A stretch of DNA of 24,000 bases from an uncultured archaeon (GCA_964590855.1 CAZPXJ010000004.1:27715-51714), one strand, 5' to 3'. Counted from the first letter of the stretch, positions 1 to 8,581 are shown. Notes: generated from the letters alone by a model not told the origin. Numbers and translations: made by a program.

Positions 1-621
1 TTTGGTTGCATCAAACAATTTGGGTAAATCTTCAGGTTTTTTACTTGCAGCAAGATATTTTGAGAATATTTTATCGTATTTCTCTTTATCATCTTTTGCT
101 AATTGTTTCGCGTAAGCTTTAATGTGTTCACCTCTGATTCTATCTTCAGGGGGAACCATTTTTTCATTATAAGGCACAGAGATACCTGCATCAACAACAC
201 CCTTCAATGTAGCAAAAATTCTTGTACCAGGGTTGACTGCAAAAGTTCCTACATCTAGTATAGCTTCCTTAATCTTAGCTTTGGCTGCTTTCTTACCAGC
301 TAGATAGCCTGTAAGATAAGCAGCAGGTAGATTTGAGGTAGCTACATCCCATCCATGTTCTTTTAAATCGTTAGATTTTACTTGAACAAAAGTACGATCA
401 CCACCAATTTTTGATTCAACAAATTGAACCATAACTTGTTTATTGGAAGGACGGGCTACAAAACGTATTTTTCCTGATTTTAGGAGTCTTTTACGTTGTT
501 GATAATCAGTCTTCATTTCTCTGCGTCTTCTAAAAGGCACTCTATATAGTGGACCCTGCTTTTTCTGCTTTTGTTGCAATTTACGTTTCTTCTTGAAACC
601 TCTTCTTCTTCGTCTTGACAT
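1..621 (-). CDS. rpl18: 50S ribosomal protein L18 (uL18), 3' end truncated by window start
   Basis: Open frame from ATG (complement 619-621) to window edge, absent from ORF track for lack of a stop. Translates MSRRRRRGFKKKRKLQQKQKKQGPLYRVPFRRRREMKTDYQQRKRLLKSGKIRFVARPSNKQVMVQFV, archaeal uL18-like; follows eL19 as in canonical order; GAGGTG upstream. Confidence 0.93.
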   Translation of the reverse strand, partial: MSRRRRRGFKKKRKLQQKQKKQGPLYRVPFRRRREMKTDYQQRKRLLKSGKIRFVARPSNKQVMVQFVESKIGGDRTFVQVKSNDLKEHGWDVATSNLPAAYLTGYLAGKKAAKAKIKEAILDVGTFAVNPGTRIFATLKGVVDAGISVPYNEKMVPPEDRIRGEHIKAYAKQLAKDDKEKYDKIFSKYLAASKKPEDLPKLFDATK

Positions 622-633
622 AATTACACCTCA

Positions 634-1104
634 TTACAATTCCGGAAGACGTTTCTTTGCCAAATCATGTTCAGCAATATAGTTTCGAAGATAACGAACA
701 GAACGGAAAAGACCACCTTTTGATTGGAGATAGAGCTTTCTATAATTAATTGTATCAATATATCCTTCATCTCTAAGAGATTTCAGATATTTTCTTTGAG
801 CTCTAATCTTGTTTATCCATCTATCTTTGCTTGAAAGACGAGAATATTTAGGTCCTTTTCGACTTCCTGGTCCGATTCTTTGTCCCTTTTTCTTTTTGGC
901 TGCAACTGCTCTTGCTCTTCCCCTGCTGATTCCTTTAACTTTACGTTTTCGGATATCACCATCATCAATATGACGGCGAACATCTTCGCGGGTAATAGCT
1001 AAAGCAACATCAGGTAGGCTTTCTGGATCAATCTTAACACGATTAACTCCAATCTTGAGTATTTTTGCAGCAATTCTTCTTTGGGTTTTAACGTCCATAA
1101 TCAA
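634..1104 (-). CDS. rpl19e: 50S ribosomal protein L19e (eL19)
   Basis: 156 aa, MIMDVKTQRRIAAKILKIGVNRVKIDPE...; typical eL19 sequence and operon position. Confidence 0.96.
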   Translation of the reverse strand: MIMDVKTQRRIAAKILKIGVNRVKIDPESLPDVALAITREDVRRHIDDGDIRKRKVKGISRGRARAVAAKKKKGQRIGPGSRKGPKYSRLSSKDRWINKIRAQRKYLKSLRDEGYIDTINYRKLYLQSKGGLFRSVRYLRNYIAEHDLAKKRLPEL

Positions 1105-1124
1105 ACCTCACTTCAGTTTCTTTA

Positions 1125-1652
1125 CTATGAAGATTCCTCCTCTGGTTCTTCATCTAGTTCTAGATCTTCATCCATATCGATTTCTTCGTCGAAATCAAAT
1201 TCATCATCAAGGAGTTCATATTCTTCTTCAAGCAAACCTTCGTCGAGTACATCCCCAAACTCTTCTAATCGAGCTGGAGGATTGATTATCTTTAGCCCTA
1301 AATCTGACGCAGCATCTAAAATAGCCTGCCGTTTTCGAGCACCCACAGTATGCTTAATAATAATTGCTTCTTTTTCTTTATCTACTTCATCAAGTTCGTA
1401 GATATTAGCAACATGAACTACCTCAAATCCAGACGGATGGAGACCTCTGACAGCTTTGGGTCCTCTATAACCAATACTGGCCATACGAGGATAACCTCGG
1501 CGTTTCTCTTGCATTTTATTATCAATACCCTTAGGCTTGCGCCAACTTTTCTTAACCCTGTTGTAACGCCAACTTTCTTGACGTACAAACTTAGGTCTAC
1601 GAGCATTGATCTGCTTTCGTTTTTCCAATAATTTTTTCTTATCGGCTGTCAT
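1125..1652 (-). CDS. rpl32e: 50S ribosomal protein L32e (eL32) with acidic C-terminal extension
   Basis: RRPKFVRQESWRYNRVKKSWRKPKGIDNKMQEKRRGYPRMASIGYRGPKAVRGLHPSGFEVVHV core. The track start at 1658 is TTG; in-frame ATG at 1652 is more likely. Stop TAG. Confidence 0.95.
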   Translation of the reverse strand: MTADKKKLLEKRKQINARRPKFVRQESWRYNRVKKSWRKPKGIDNKMQEKRRGYPRMASIGYRGPKAVRGLHPSGFEVVHVANIYELDEVDKEKEAIIIKHTVGARKRQAILDAASDLGLKIINPPARLEEFGDVLDEGLLEEEYELLDDEFDFDEEIDMDEDLELDEEPEEESS

Positions 1653-1705
1653 AGGCAATCACAGTAGAATGTTACCTTGTAATGTACGCTACCTTCCTTC
1701 TGGAG

Positions 1706-1730
1706 TTTTTAATACTTTTTATTGGTAAGA
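1706..1730 (-). promoter_or_regulatory. AT-rich leader element before eL32, near-identical to the one at 5781-5804; candidate BRE/TATA region
   Basis: TTTTTAATACTTTTTATTGGTAAG on + strand; 23 of 24 nt match 5781-5804; lies in the 151-bp gap between uL6 and eL32 about 54 bp from the ATG. Confidence 0.45.
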
Positions 1731-1803
1731 AATTTAGCTAAGAGAATGAATCAATAAAAGAAAGTTAAACAATTGTTAAAAAAAACAGAAATAGAAGTGG
1801 CAA

Positions 1804-2355
1804 TTATTCCTTGTGCCACAACCATACGCCATCCATGAAAGTTTCAGGATCTTTCTTTCTCTTACCACGTAGTCGACAAGCTTCTTGCATATTTGCAGTT
1901 GTTTGACCTACTGCTTCCTTGTCAATCCCTTCAATAATTACATCGTCTTTATCAATAGTAACCTTGGTATCTTCTCCCTTTATATCTACCATAATGTTTT
2001 TTCTTCCACCATATAGGTTCTTGATAGTAACGATTCTCTTCTTATTGTCTGGTTCAACAGTTATAGGAAAGTGGCTAAAGATTATTTTTGACTTATAGAC
2101 ATACCCATGTAAAGTACCTTTTATCATATTGTTGATATAGCCAACAACAGCAAGTGTAGCAGCTTTTCGTTTTTTGTTTATGTAATAAGCTTTTATGTGA
2201 ACTATCTTTCCTTTCTTACTGATATCAAAATCAACATTCTCAAAGCTTTTCGTCAAAGAACCTTTGGGTCCTTCAACTGTAACTATTTTGTTCTTGACTG
2301 TCAATTTCAAATCTTCAGGAACTTCAATTTCTTTTTCTAAGTAGAGTTGCTTCAT
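1804..2355 (-). CDS. rpl6: 50S ribosomal protein L6 (uL6)
   Basis: 183 aa; MKQLYLEKEIEVPEDLKLTVKNKIVTVEGPKGSLTKSF...; canonical neighbours. Confidence 0.96.
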   Translation of the reverse strand: MKQLYLEKEIEVPEDLKLTVKNKIVTVEGPKGSLTKSFENVDFDISKKGKIVHIKAYYINKKRKAATLAVVGYINNMIKGTLHGYVYKSKIIFSHFPITVEPDNKKRIVTIKNLYGGRKNIMVDIKGEDTKVTIDKDDVIIEGIDKEAVGQTTANMQEACRLRGKRKKDPETFMDGVWLWHKE

Positions 2356-2366
2356 TACATATCACC

Positions 2367-2750
2367 TTAGTATATATAGGCCAATAAACGACCACCGATT
2401 GCTTTTTCTTTGGCGTCTTCATGAGTCATCACTCCTTCAGGAGTAGTCATTATGAGTATGCCAAAACCTCTTGCTGGCAAGTAATTTCGTTCTTCAACTT
2501 CAAAATGATCCTTCTTCACTGGAAAGCGGGGTTTAATAACTCCACATTTGTTGATACGTCCTAGTAACTGAATTTCAAACATTCCACCTCGATGATTCTC
2601 GATAAACTCAAGTTCTCCAAGATATCCTGCTCGTTGAGCCGTTCTTAGAACGTTTGCAATCATTTTACTTGCTGGTTTGACTGTGACGGTTTTCTTACCT
2701 GTTTTTTCTGCGTTTAATATTGCAGACATTGCATCTGCTAAAGTATCCAT
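2367..2750 (-). CDS. rps8: 30S ribosomal protein S8 (uS8)
   Basis: MQMDTLADAMSAILNAEKTGKKTVTVKPASKMIANVLRTAQRAGYLGE...; internal ATG at 2750 preferred over the track start at 2780, which would overlap uS14. Confidence 0.95.
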   Translation of the reverse strand: MDTLADAMSAILNAEKTGKKTVTVKPASKMIANVLRTAQRAGYLGELEFIENHRGGMFEIQLLGRINKCGVIKPRFPVKKDHFEVEERNYLPARGFGILIMTTPEGVMTHEDAKEKAIGGRLLAYIY

Positions 2751-2769
2751 TTGCATTTTTCTTTCCTCC

Positions 2770-2937
2770 TTAGCCTCCACGACTTCCTGTTTTCTTGAAG
2801 CCGATTTTGGAATATATCTCTCTTATGCACCGTCGGCAAACAAATAAGCCTCCACGTCTGATAATGGCTTTATGAGTTCCACAACGTCTACATGTTCTTG
2901 ATCCTTTTCCATATTTGATTTCTCGTTTTTCCTGCAT
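2770..2937 (-). CDS. rps14: 30S ribosomal protein S14 (uS14), zinc-binding type; missing from the supplied ORF track
   Basis: Manual translation of 55 aa: [55 protein letters not shown], with CxxC..CxxC and preceded by TAGGTGACGGAA; sits between uL5 and uS8 as expected. Confidence 0.96.
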   Translation of the reverse strand: MQEKREIKYGKGSRTCRRCGTHKAIIRRGGLFVCRRCIREIYSKIGFKKTGSRGG

Positions 2938-2946
2938 TTCCGTCAC

Positions 2947-3513
2947 CTAAATTATCTTCATATCAAATTCTGTAGCTACAAATTCCATTGCTTCTTCGGG
3001 TGAAACATAATGTTTCTTAGGTAGCTTTTGTCTCTTTCTCTGCCTATACTTTACTCGATATCCTGGACGTTCAATTTTTACTATAACATTGAAACCAATT
3101 GTACCTAACATTGGATCAAATGGAGCATCTTCAATATCTACATGCTCAGTGATACCAAAAGCAAAGTTTCCTTGTTGGTCAAAAGAACTTGATTTGACTT
3201 CATAATCGTAAGCATAGAGTAGTCTTCGAAGTAAAACTGGTGCTTCTTCTCCCCTCAGTGTTACTACTGCAGCGATTGGTTCTCCTTTACGAATTCCAAA
3301 ACCTCTAATTGATTCTTTTGCTGGTCGATCTACTGGTTCTCTCTTTGTTATTTGTCTGAGTATTTCTTTTGCTCTTTCAAATCTAGGACCAGATTCACCA
3401 ACACTAGTATTAATGATTAAGGCTTTTAATCGAGGTTTTTTCATTGGATGTTTTTCCCATTCTTCAGTAAATTTGGGAATGAATGCTTCTTGTTCTATAA
3501 CTTCTTCTGTCAT
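2947..3513 (-). CDS. rpl5: 50S ribosomal protein L5 (uL5)
   Basis: 188 aa; NHPMKKP-like N-terminus (EEWEKHPMKKPRLKALIINTSVGESGPRFERAKEILRQITKREPVDRPAKESIRGFGIRKGEPIAAVVTLRG). Confidence 0.96.
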   Translation of the reverse strand: MTEEVIEQEAFIPKFTEEWEKHPMKKPRLKALIINTSVGESGPRFERAKEILRQITKREPVDRPAKESIRGFGIRKGEPIAAVVTLRGEEAPVLLRRLLYAYDYEVKSSSFDQQGNFAFGITEHVDIEDAPFDPMLGTIGFNVIVKIERPGYRVKYRQRKRQKLPKKHYVSPEEAMEFVATEFDMKII

Positions 3514-3523
3514 CCTTTGTCAC

Positions 3524-4270
3524 CTACTTCTCATCCACAATAGTTACACTCGGCGATTGGTTCCCTACAACGAAAATATATCTGTAGAGAGTAACCAAGT
3601 TTTCTCCTTCAGGAGTACTCAATGTAACTGTTTTTGTCTGCTTAGTACCATGGGTACTAATCTCTTCAATAGTCCCGTGCTTACCCATCCATCTACCACT
3701 TGTTACGAAACCATAATTACCAACTTTGAGCTCATACTTCTCAATAATCTTCTGATCTGGAAGTGAAATCTTTAAGGTATCATGGGTCAGATAGTTAGTT
3801 GTAGCGGATTCTTCTTCACTAAGAACTATATTTCTTCCATCATGTAGATTAAGTTGGATCAAACCATCTTTGATAGCTGTCTTATTCCTAATCTGGCACA
3901 ATTTCTCTCTTGTTTCAGCTTCTTTAATTGAAACAGGTCTTAATCCCTGTTTAAGTGCGTATATCATTCTGTAATGTTTTTGCATCTTGGGTAAGGATAG
4001 AACATCCATGAATCCTAAGGGATGTTTTCTATTTGTTTTAACCTTACCATCAATTACAACATTACGTTCGAATAAAATACGTTTAACTTCACTCATATTG
4101 CGTGCATAATGAAACATATCTCTTAGTAATATTGCAACTGGGATACAATCATCTGCAGAATGGGGACCAGGAGCTGGTCTCACTGCATATGTGAAAGCTT
4201 TCTTGTGAATAGGAATATGTTTAGAAACAACATATCTCTTTAAGTGTCGTTTTCCTCCACCTTTTGTCAT
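3524..4270 (-). CDS. rps4e: 30S ribosomal protein S4e (eS4)
   Basis: MTKGGGKRHLKRYVVSKHIPIHKKAFTYAVRPAPGPHSADDCIPVAILLRDMFHYARNMSEVKRIL...; ATGA overlap with the uL24 stop. Confidence 0.96.
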   Translation of the reverse strand: MTKGGGKRHLKRYVVSKHIPIHKKAFTYAVRPAPGPHSADDCIPVAILLRDMFHYARNMSEVKRILFERNVVIDGKVKTNRKHPLGFMDVLSLPKMQKHYRMIYALKQGLRPVSIKEAETREKLCQIRNKTAIKDGLIQLNLHDGRNIVLSEEESATTNYLTHDTLKISLPDQKIIEKYELKVGNYGFVTSGRWMGKHGTIEEISTHGTKQTKTVTLSTPEGENLVTLYRYIFVVGNQSPSVTIVDEK

Positions 4271-4854
4271 GATGATTCCTCCTCTGGTTTAACATCTGAT
4301 TCTTCCTCTGATTCTTCCTCGATCTCTTCATCGAGTTCATCGAGTTCATCCATTTCAATATCTTCGAATTCTTCATCGAGCAATTCTTCACTTTCTAAAG
4401 CATCAATATCATCAAGAGCTTCTACAGTTTCTTCCTCGTCATCGAATATACCTTCGGTTAATTCCTCTTCGGTAATCTCTTTCTTTGAACGTCTTTGAAT
4501 AATCTCTCTTCTTCTCTTGTCTCTTAGATTTAGAGAAGTAATTATGATGTTACTTGGATGAACAGGAAAACTAACTATGGTTCCATCAGCTTTTTCTTTA
4601 CTATGTCCCTCAACATGAATAGAATATCTTAGAGGGAGAACACGTATCACTTTTCCTTTGATTTCTTCATCTTTTGAAATGTTTTTGTAAACTATCACTT
4701 TGTCATCTTTATGAACTGGGAGACGTTTAATACCATATTTTTCTCTTAATGTATGAGATAATAGAGCAGTCATTTTTCGATTTCTTAAATGATAATCTGC
4801 TTTAAAATGGCTCTTTCTTTGTTTTCGAGGTTGTTTTGATTGTGTTTGCTTCAT
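4267..4854 (-). CDS. rpl24: 50S ribosomal protein L24 (uL24) with long acidic C-terminal extension
   Basis: KSHFKADYHLRNRKMTALLSHTLREKYGIKRLPVHKDDKVIVY...IHVEGHSKEKADGTIVSFPVHPSNIIITSLNLRDKRR; the track start at 4863 is GTG, in-frame ATG at 4854 follows GGTGAAAAAG. Stop TGA. Confidence 0.92.
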   Translation of the reverse strand: MKQTQSKQPRKQRKSHFKADYHLRNRKMTALLSHTLREKYGIKRLPVHKDDKVIVYKNISKDEEIKGKVIRVLPLRYSIHVEGHSKEKADGTIVSFPVHPSNIIITSLNLRDKRRREIIQRRSKKEITEEELTEGIFDDEEETVEALDDIDALESEELLDEEFEDIEMDELDELDEEIEEESEEESDVKPEEESS

Positions 4855-4863
4855 CTTTTTCAC

Positions 4864-5280
4864 CTACACAATTATTGAAGCTTGATGAGCAATCCTTGGC
4901 CACCTTTCAGCTGCTTCTTTAGCAACGGGTCCTCGAATTTCGCTTCCTATAGGGTCACCTACTTCATTTGTCAAAACTACAGCATTCTCCTCGAATTGAA
5001 TCCAATCTCCGGATCTACGACGAAAAGCCAGTTTTTGTCTCACTACCACAGCAGGAAAAATTTGTTTTCTTCTCTGTGGGGTTCCTTGTTTGACAGATAC
5101 CATTACCATATCTGCAACTGATGCTTTAGGGATACGGTTAAGTCTACCTCTGTAGTTCTTAACGGCGATAATCTGAACAATACGTGCGCCAGAATTATCT
5201 GCACTTCGCATTCTTGAGCCAACTATTAACCCCTTAGTAATATGAACTTGGGGTCTACCAATAACCTTTCTCTTTGCCAT
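4864..5280 (-). CDS. rpl14: 50S ribosomal protein L14 (uL14)
   Basis: 138 aa; ITKGLIVGSRMRSADNSGARIVQIIAVKNYRGRLNRIPKASVADMVMVSVKQGTPQRRKQIFPAVVVRQ. Confidence 0.97.
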   Translation of the reverse strand: MAKRKVIGRPQVHITKGLIVGSRMRSADNSGARIVQIIAVKNYRGRLNRIPKASVADMVMVSVKQGTPQRRKQIFPAVVVRQKLAFRRRSGDWIQFEENAVVLTNEVGDPIGSEIRGPVAKEAAERWPRIAHQASIIV

Positions 5281-5288
5281 TTTATCAC

Positions 5289-5621
5289 CTAATTTAATTT
5301 TTGAACCACGACAAAACCTACAGTCTTAGCTAGCGGCCTGCATTCTGCAGCCACAACCATATCTCCTTCTTTCACATTCAAACAAGGAGGATTATGAGCA
5401 GAAATTTTTCCATGAGCACGTTCATATCTTCTGTATTTCTTAACATACTTTAGATAATCTCGTCTAATAACAACAGTTCTTCGCATTTTATCTGAAACCA
5501 CCTTTCCTGTGAAGATTCTTCCCCTTACTGGAAGTCTACCATGAAAAGGACATCTTGGATCGTCACATTCAGTAGAAGGTGGTTCAACACCTGGAATACC
5601 TACATTCCTTACTTTACTCAT
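5289..5621 (-). CDS. rps17: 30S ribosomal protein S17 (uS17)
   Basis: [89 protein letters not shown]; start at 5621 preceded by GAGGTGAAAGAA. Confidence 0.96.
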   Translation of the reverse strand: MSKVRNVGIPGVEPPSTECDDPRCPFHGRLPVRGRIFTGKVVSDKMRRTVVIRRDYLKYVKKYRRYERAHGKISAHNPPCLNVKEGDMVVAAECRPLAKTVGFVVVQKLN

Positions 5622-5780
5622 TTCTTTCACCTCGGTATAGCGTCTTATACCCATGCATTCCCGTGTATTCAAAAACAAAGGAAGCAATCATAGCATCAAA
5701 TTTCTTTGAAGTAAGACGTCATTACCAGTGCGTTTTCATATTCTGTACGAATATGTTTCAGGTTTTCGCCCTTTTCTGTC

Positions 5781-5804
5781 TTTTTAATACTTTTTATTGT
5801 TAAG
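5781..5804 (-). promoter_or_regulatory. AT-rich element upstream of uS17 operon, copy 2 of the 1706-1730 element
   Basis: TTTTTAATACTTTTTATTGTTAAG on + strand; 19 nt identical without a break to 1706-1724, then TAAG also shared. Confidence 0.45.
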
Positions 5805-5890
5805 TATTTTTAGAAGACTGTTCTCTAGTTAATATTCTTTGACGATTATCTTAAAAAGGTCTTACGCTTTGAGTATAACTAGAGGTATAC

Positions 5891-5924
5891 AAATTGGGTG
5901 ATAAATCACTCAATTTTTAAATTG
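5891..5924 (+). promoter_or_regulatory. Hairpin in the valS leader with T-run and overlapping alternative hairpin
   Basis: AAATTGGGTGA(5891-5901)-TAAA-TCACTCAATTT(5906-5916), 11 paired positions with one G-U, followed by TT; CAATTT(5911-5916)-TT-AAATTG(5919-5924) is mutually exclusive with it. TTAAAAA TATA-like box at 5851. Confidence 0.4.
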
Positions 5925-5956
5925 GACATATCGACCTATACAAAAAGGTGACATCG

Positions 5957-8425
5957 GTGAGTGATTTCGTTCCAAAACTAACTGAAGAAACATATGATCC
6001 TCAGAAGCAAGATCTGATGCTGTTCAATAAGTGGCAAGATGAAAAATTATTTTCCTTTGACAAGTCATCAGGAAAAAAAATCTTTAGTATCGATACTCCT
6101 CCTCCTTATGCAAATGCTCCTTGGCACATGGGTGGAGCTATACACTACAGTCAGATTGATATGATTGCACGTTACAAACGCATGGCAGGTTTTGAAATTC
6201 TATTCCCAATGTGTTTGGATCGTAATGGGCTCCCTATCGAAGTTCAAGCTGAGAGAAAGTTCAAAATTTCAATGCATAATGTTCCTAGAGAAGAATTTCT
6301 CAGTATGTGTAAACAAATCTTGGATGAAGTAGGGGACATGATTTTAGATGTTTGTAAAAGATTGGGTTTTAGTAACAATTCACTTGAGTGGGATGAAATC
6401 TACAAAACTGATGAAGAGCAATATAGAACCTTAACTCAATCTACTTTCATCCAGCTGTTCAAAGAAGAACAAATTTATGAGGACAATCGACCAAATAATT
6501 ATTGTACTCGATGTAAAACAACTATTGCTGATAACGAAATAGATTACAAAGCAGGCTCTCACATGCTTTATGATATTAGATTCAAGGTGAAAGAAACTGA
6601 TGAAGATCTTATCATATCTACTTCTAGACCTGAATTAATTCCTGCCATAGGAGTAGTAATTTACAATCCAAAGGATGAACGATATCAACATCTTAAAGGA
6701 AAAACTGCAATTACTCCAATGTTTGAAGATGAAGTACCAATAATACCTCATCATTATGCAAAGATGGAATTTGGTACTGGTATAATGATGGTATGTGCGT
6801 ATGGTGATTCAAATGATGTTCAAATTTTCAGAGAATTACATCTTAACCCTAAAACAATAATTGATACAAATGGTCGAATAATTGATGCAGTTACAGAATA
6901 TGCAGGTTTGAAAGTAAAGGAAGCTAAGAAACAAATAGCAGAAAGACTCGAACAAGAGGGACACATCGTAGAAAAAGTGGATGCACCCCATAACTTTCCA
7001 ATATGCTCTCGCTGTAAAACCTCAGTAGAATTCTTGGCAATGCCTGAATATTATTTAAAACAGGTAGAATACCTACCTAAACTTCATGAATATGCACAAG
7101 AAATGCTATTCCTTCCACCTTTCATGAGAAACGTATGGGTCGATTGGTTAAATACCGTATCTATAGATTGGCCAATAAGTAGAAGACGTTATTATGGAAC
7201 TGAAGTTCCAGTATGGTACTGTAAAGAGTGTAATCACCCCAATCTTCCTGAACCAGGTAGGTACTATCAACCTTGGAAGGACGATCCTCCATTTGACACG
7301 TGTCAGAAGTGTGGTAAAAGTGAGGGATTTGAAGGTGACTTAAGAACATTTGATACATGGATGGATTCTTCCCTTAGTGAAATATACACTATTATGTATC
7401 CTCACAATAAAAAGGATGAAGAATTATTCAAAAAATTAATTTCACGCCCATACATTTGTGATCTGAGGCCATCAGCAAAAGACATAGTACGAACTTGGCT
7501 TCATTATACTATGCTAAGGGCATTACAATTATACAAAAAACCTGCTTTCAAATATGCTTGGATATCTGGTTTTGTAGTAGATAAGAAAGGTGAAAAATTC
7601 TCAAAAAGTGCTGGTTCTAACATAAAACCAGAAGACATGATTGAAAAATATGGTGGAGATGCTGTAAGGTTCTATGGTGCAGCTGAAGCTAGTCATGGAT
7701 CAGATATCCGCTTTAATCAACAACGACTTCAAGGGATTTCTAAATTAATAAACAAGCTCTACAATATAGCAAAATTCCTCAGCCGTTTTCCCATAATTGA
7801 AGATAAAACGCAAATATCTCTTCAACCAGCTGATGAATGGATTCTTTCTGAGTTAGTTAAAGTAATTGATGAAGCTAGAGCTGGTTATGAAATATTTGAT
7901 TTCCAAGTTCCTGCAAAAACTCTTAGAAACTTCACTTGGGAAACTTTTGCTTCCCATTATATGGAATTAGTAAAAGGACGTGCTTACAACAGAAATAAAG
8001 TTTATGGAGATAAAGAACAGAAAGCTGCTTGGTACACCCTTCATAAAGTAATGAAAGAGATAACAAAAGCATTTGCCCCAATTATTCCATTTGTAACGGA
8101 CTTGATCTATAGAGGAATATATGATAAAACCGTACATCTTGAGAAGTTTCCTGAAGGAAAGGAGATTATCGATAAGCAACAATATCTTGAAATTACTTCA
8201 ACTCTTCTTGAACTAAATTCCGCTATTTGGAAATATAAAAAGAGTAAACAATTACCTTTAAACACCCCAATCAAGCAGATATTGCTTCCTGAATCATTAG
8301 CTCCTTTAACAGACGACTTACAATCAATGCACGCAATAGAGATTTTAGTTAAGAAAGATATTGAAATCGAAAGTGGCGAGATTATACCTATTAATGAAAC
8401 AGAAAACATCATTATTAAGATATAG
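5957..8425 (+). CDS. valS: Valyl-tRNA synthetase, archaeal type (class Ia)
   Basis: IDTPPPYANAPWHMGGAIHYSQIDMIARYKRMAGFEILFPMCLDRNGLPIE; TSRPELIPAIGVVIYNPKDERYQHLKGKTAITPMF; WLNTVSIDWPISRRRYYGTEVPVWYC; KFSKSAGSNI. GTG at 5957 preceded by GGTG is preferred over the GTG at 5948. Confidence 0.85.
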   Translation: MSDFVPKLTEETYDPQKQDLMLFNKWQDEKLFSFDKSSGKKIFSIDTPPPYANAPWHMGGAIHYSQIDMIARYKRMAGFEILFPMCLDRNGLPIEVQAERKFKISMHNVPREEFLSMCKQILDEVGDMILDVCKRLGFSNNSLEWDEIYKTDEEQYRTLTQSTFIQLFKEEQIYEDNRPNNYCTRCKTTIADNEIDYKAGSHMLYDIRFKVKETDEDLIISTSRPELIPAIGVVIYNPKDERYQHLKGKTAITPMFEDEVPIIPHHYAKMEFGTGIMMVCAYGDSNDVQIFRELHLNPKTIIDTNGRIIDAVTEYAGLKVKEAKKQIAERLEQEGHIVEKVDAPHNFPICSRCKTSVEFLAMPEYYLKQVEYLPKLHEYAQEMLFLPPFMRNVWVDWLNTVSIDWPISRRRYYGTEVPVWYCKECNHPNLPEPGRYYQPWKDDPPFDTCQKCGKSEGFEGDLRTFDTWMDSSLSEIYTIMYPHNKKDEELFKKLISRPYICDLRPSAKDIVRTWLHYTMLRALQLYKKPAFKYAWISGFVVDKKGEKFSKSAGSNIKPEDMIEKYGGDAVRFYGAAEASHGSDIRFNQQRLQGISKLINKLYNIAKFLSRFPIIEDKTQISLQPADEWILSELVKVIDEARAGYEIFDFQVPAKTLRNFTWETFASHYMELVKGRAYNRNKVYGDKEQKAAWYTLHKVMKEITKAFAPIIPFVTDLIYRGIYDKTVHLEKFPEGKEIIDKQQYLEITSTLLELNSAIWKYKKSKQLPLNTPIKQILLPESLAPLTDDLQSMHAIEILVKKDIEIESGEIIPINETENIIIKI

Positions 8426-8515
8426 TCAAAATAACTTTTCCTCTTTTCCTTTTTCAGTCATTAAAGAAAACCATTTTAAATAGCAAATAGTCGAATTTAC
8501 TTGCTGGGTATTGAA

Positions 8516-8581
8516 GATTACAATTTGTAATCGTTAATAAACCTTAAAAATTGTACTCTTACCCGCTATTGTAATCAATAG
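8516..8581 (+). promoter_or_regulatory. uL22 operon promoter region with TTGTAATC dyads
   Basis: GATTACAATTTGTAATC (8516-8532) perfect dyad; TTAAAAA at about 8544; CTATTG-TAAT-CAATAG (8566-8581); TTGTAATC repeated at 8525 and 8569. Confidence 0.4.

Noticed and set aside
1081-1401. 106-aa plus-strand Ser-rich ORF, and the similar one at 4244-4498
   Set aside because: Antisense shadows of GAA/GAT-rich acidic tails of eL32 and uL24.
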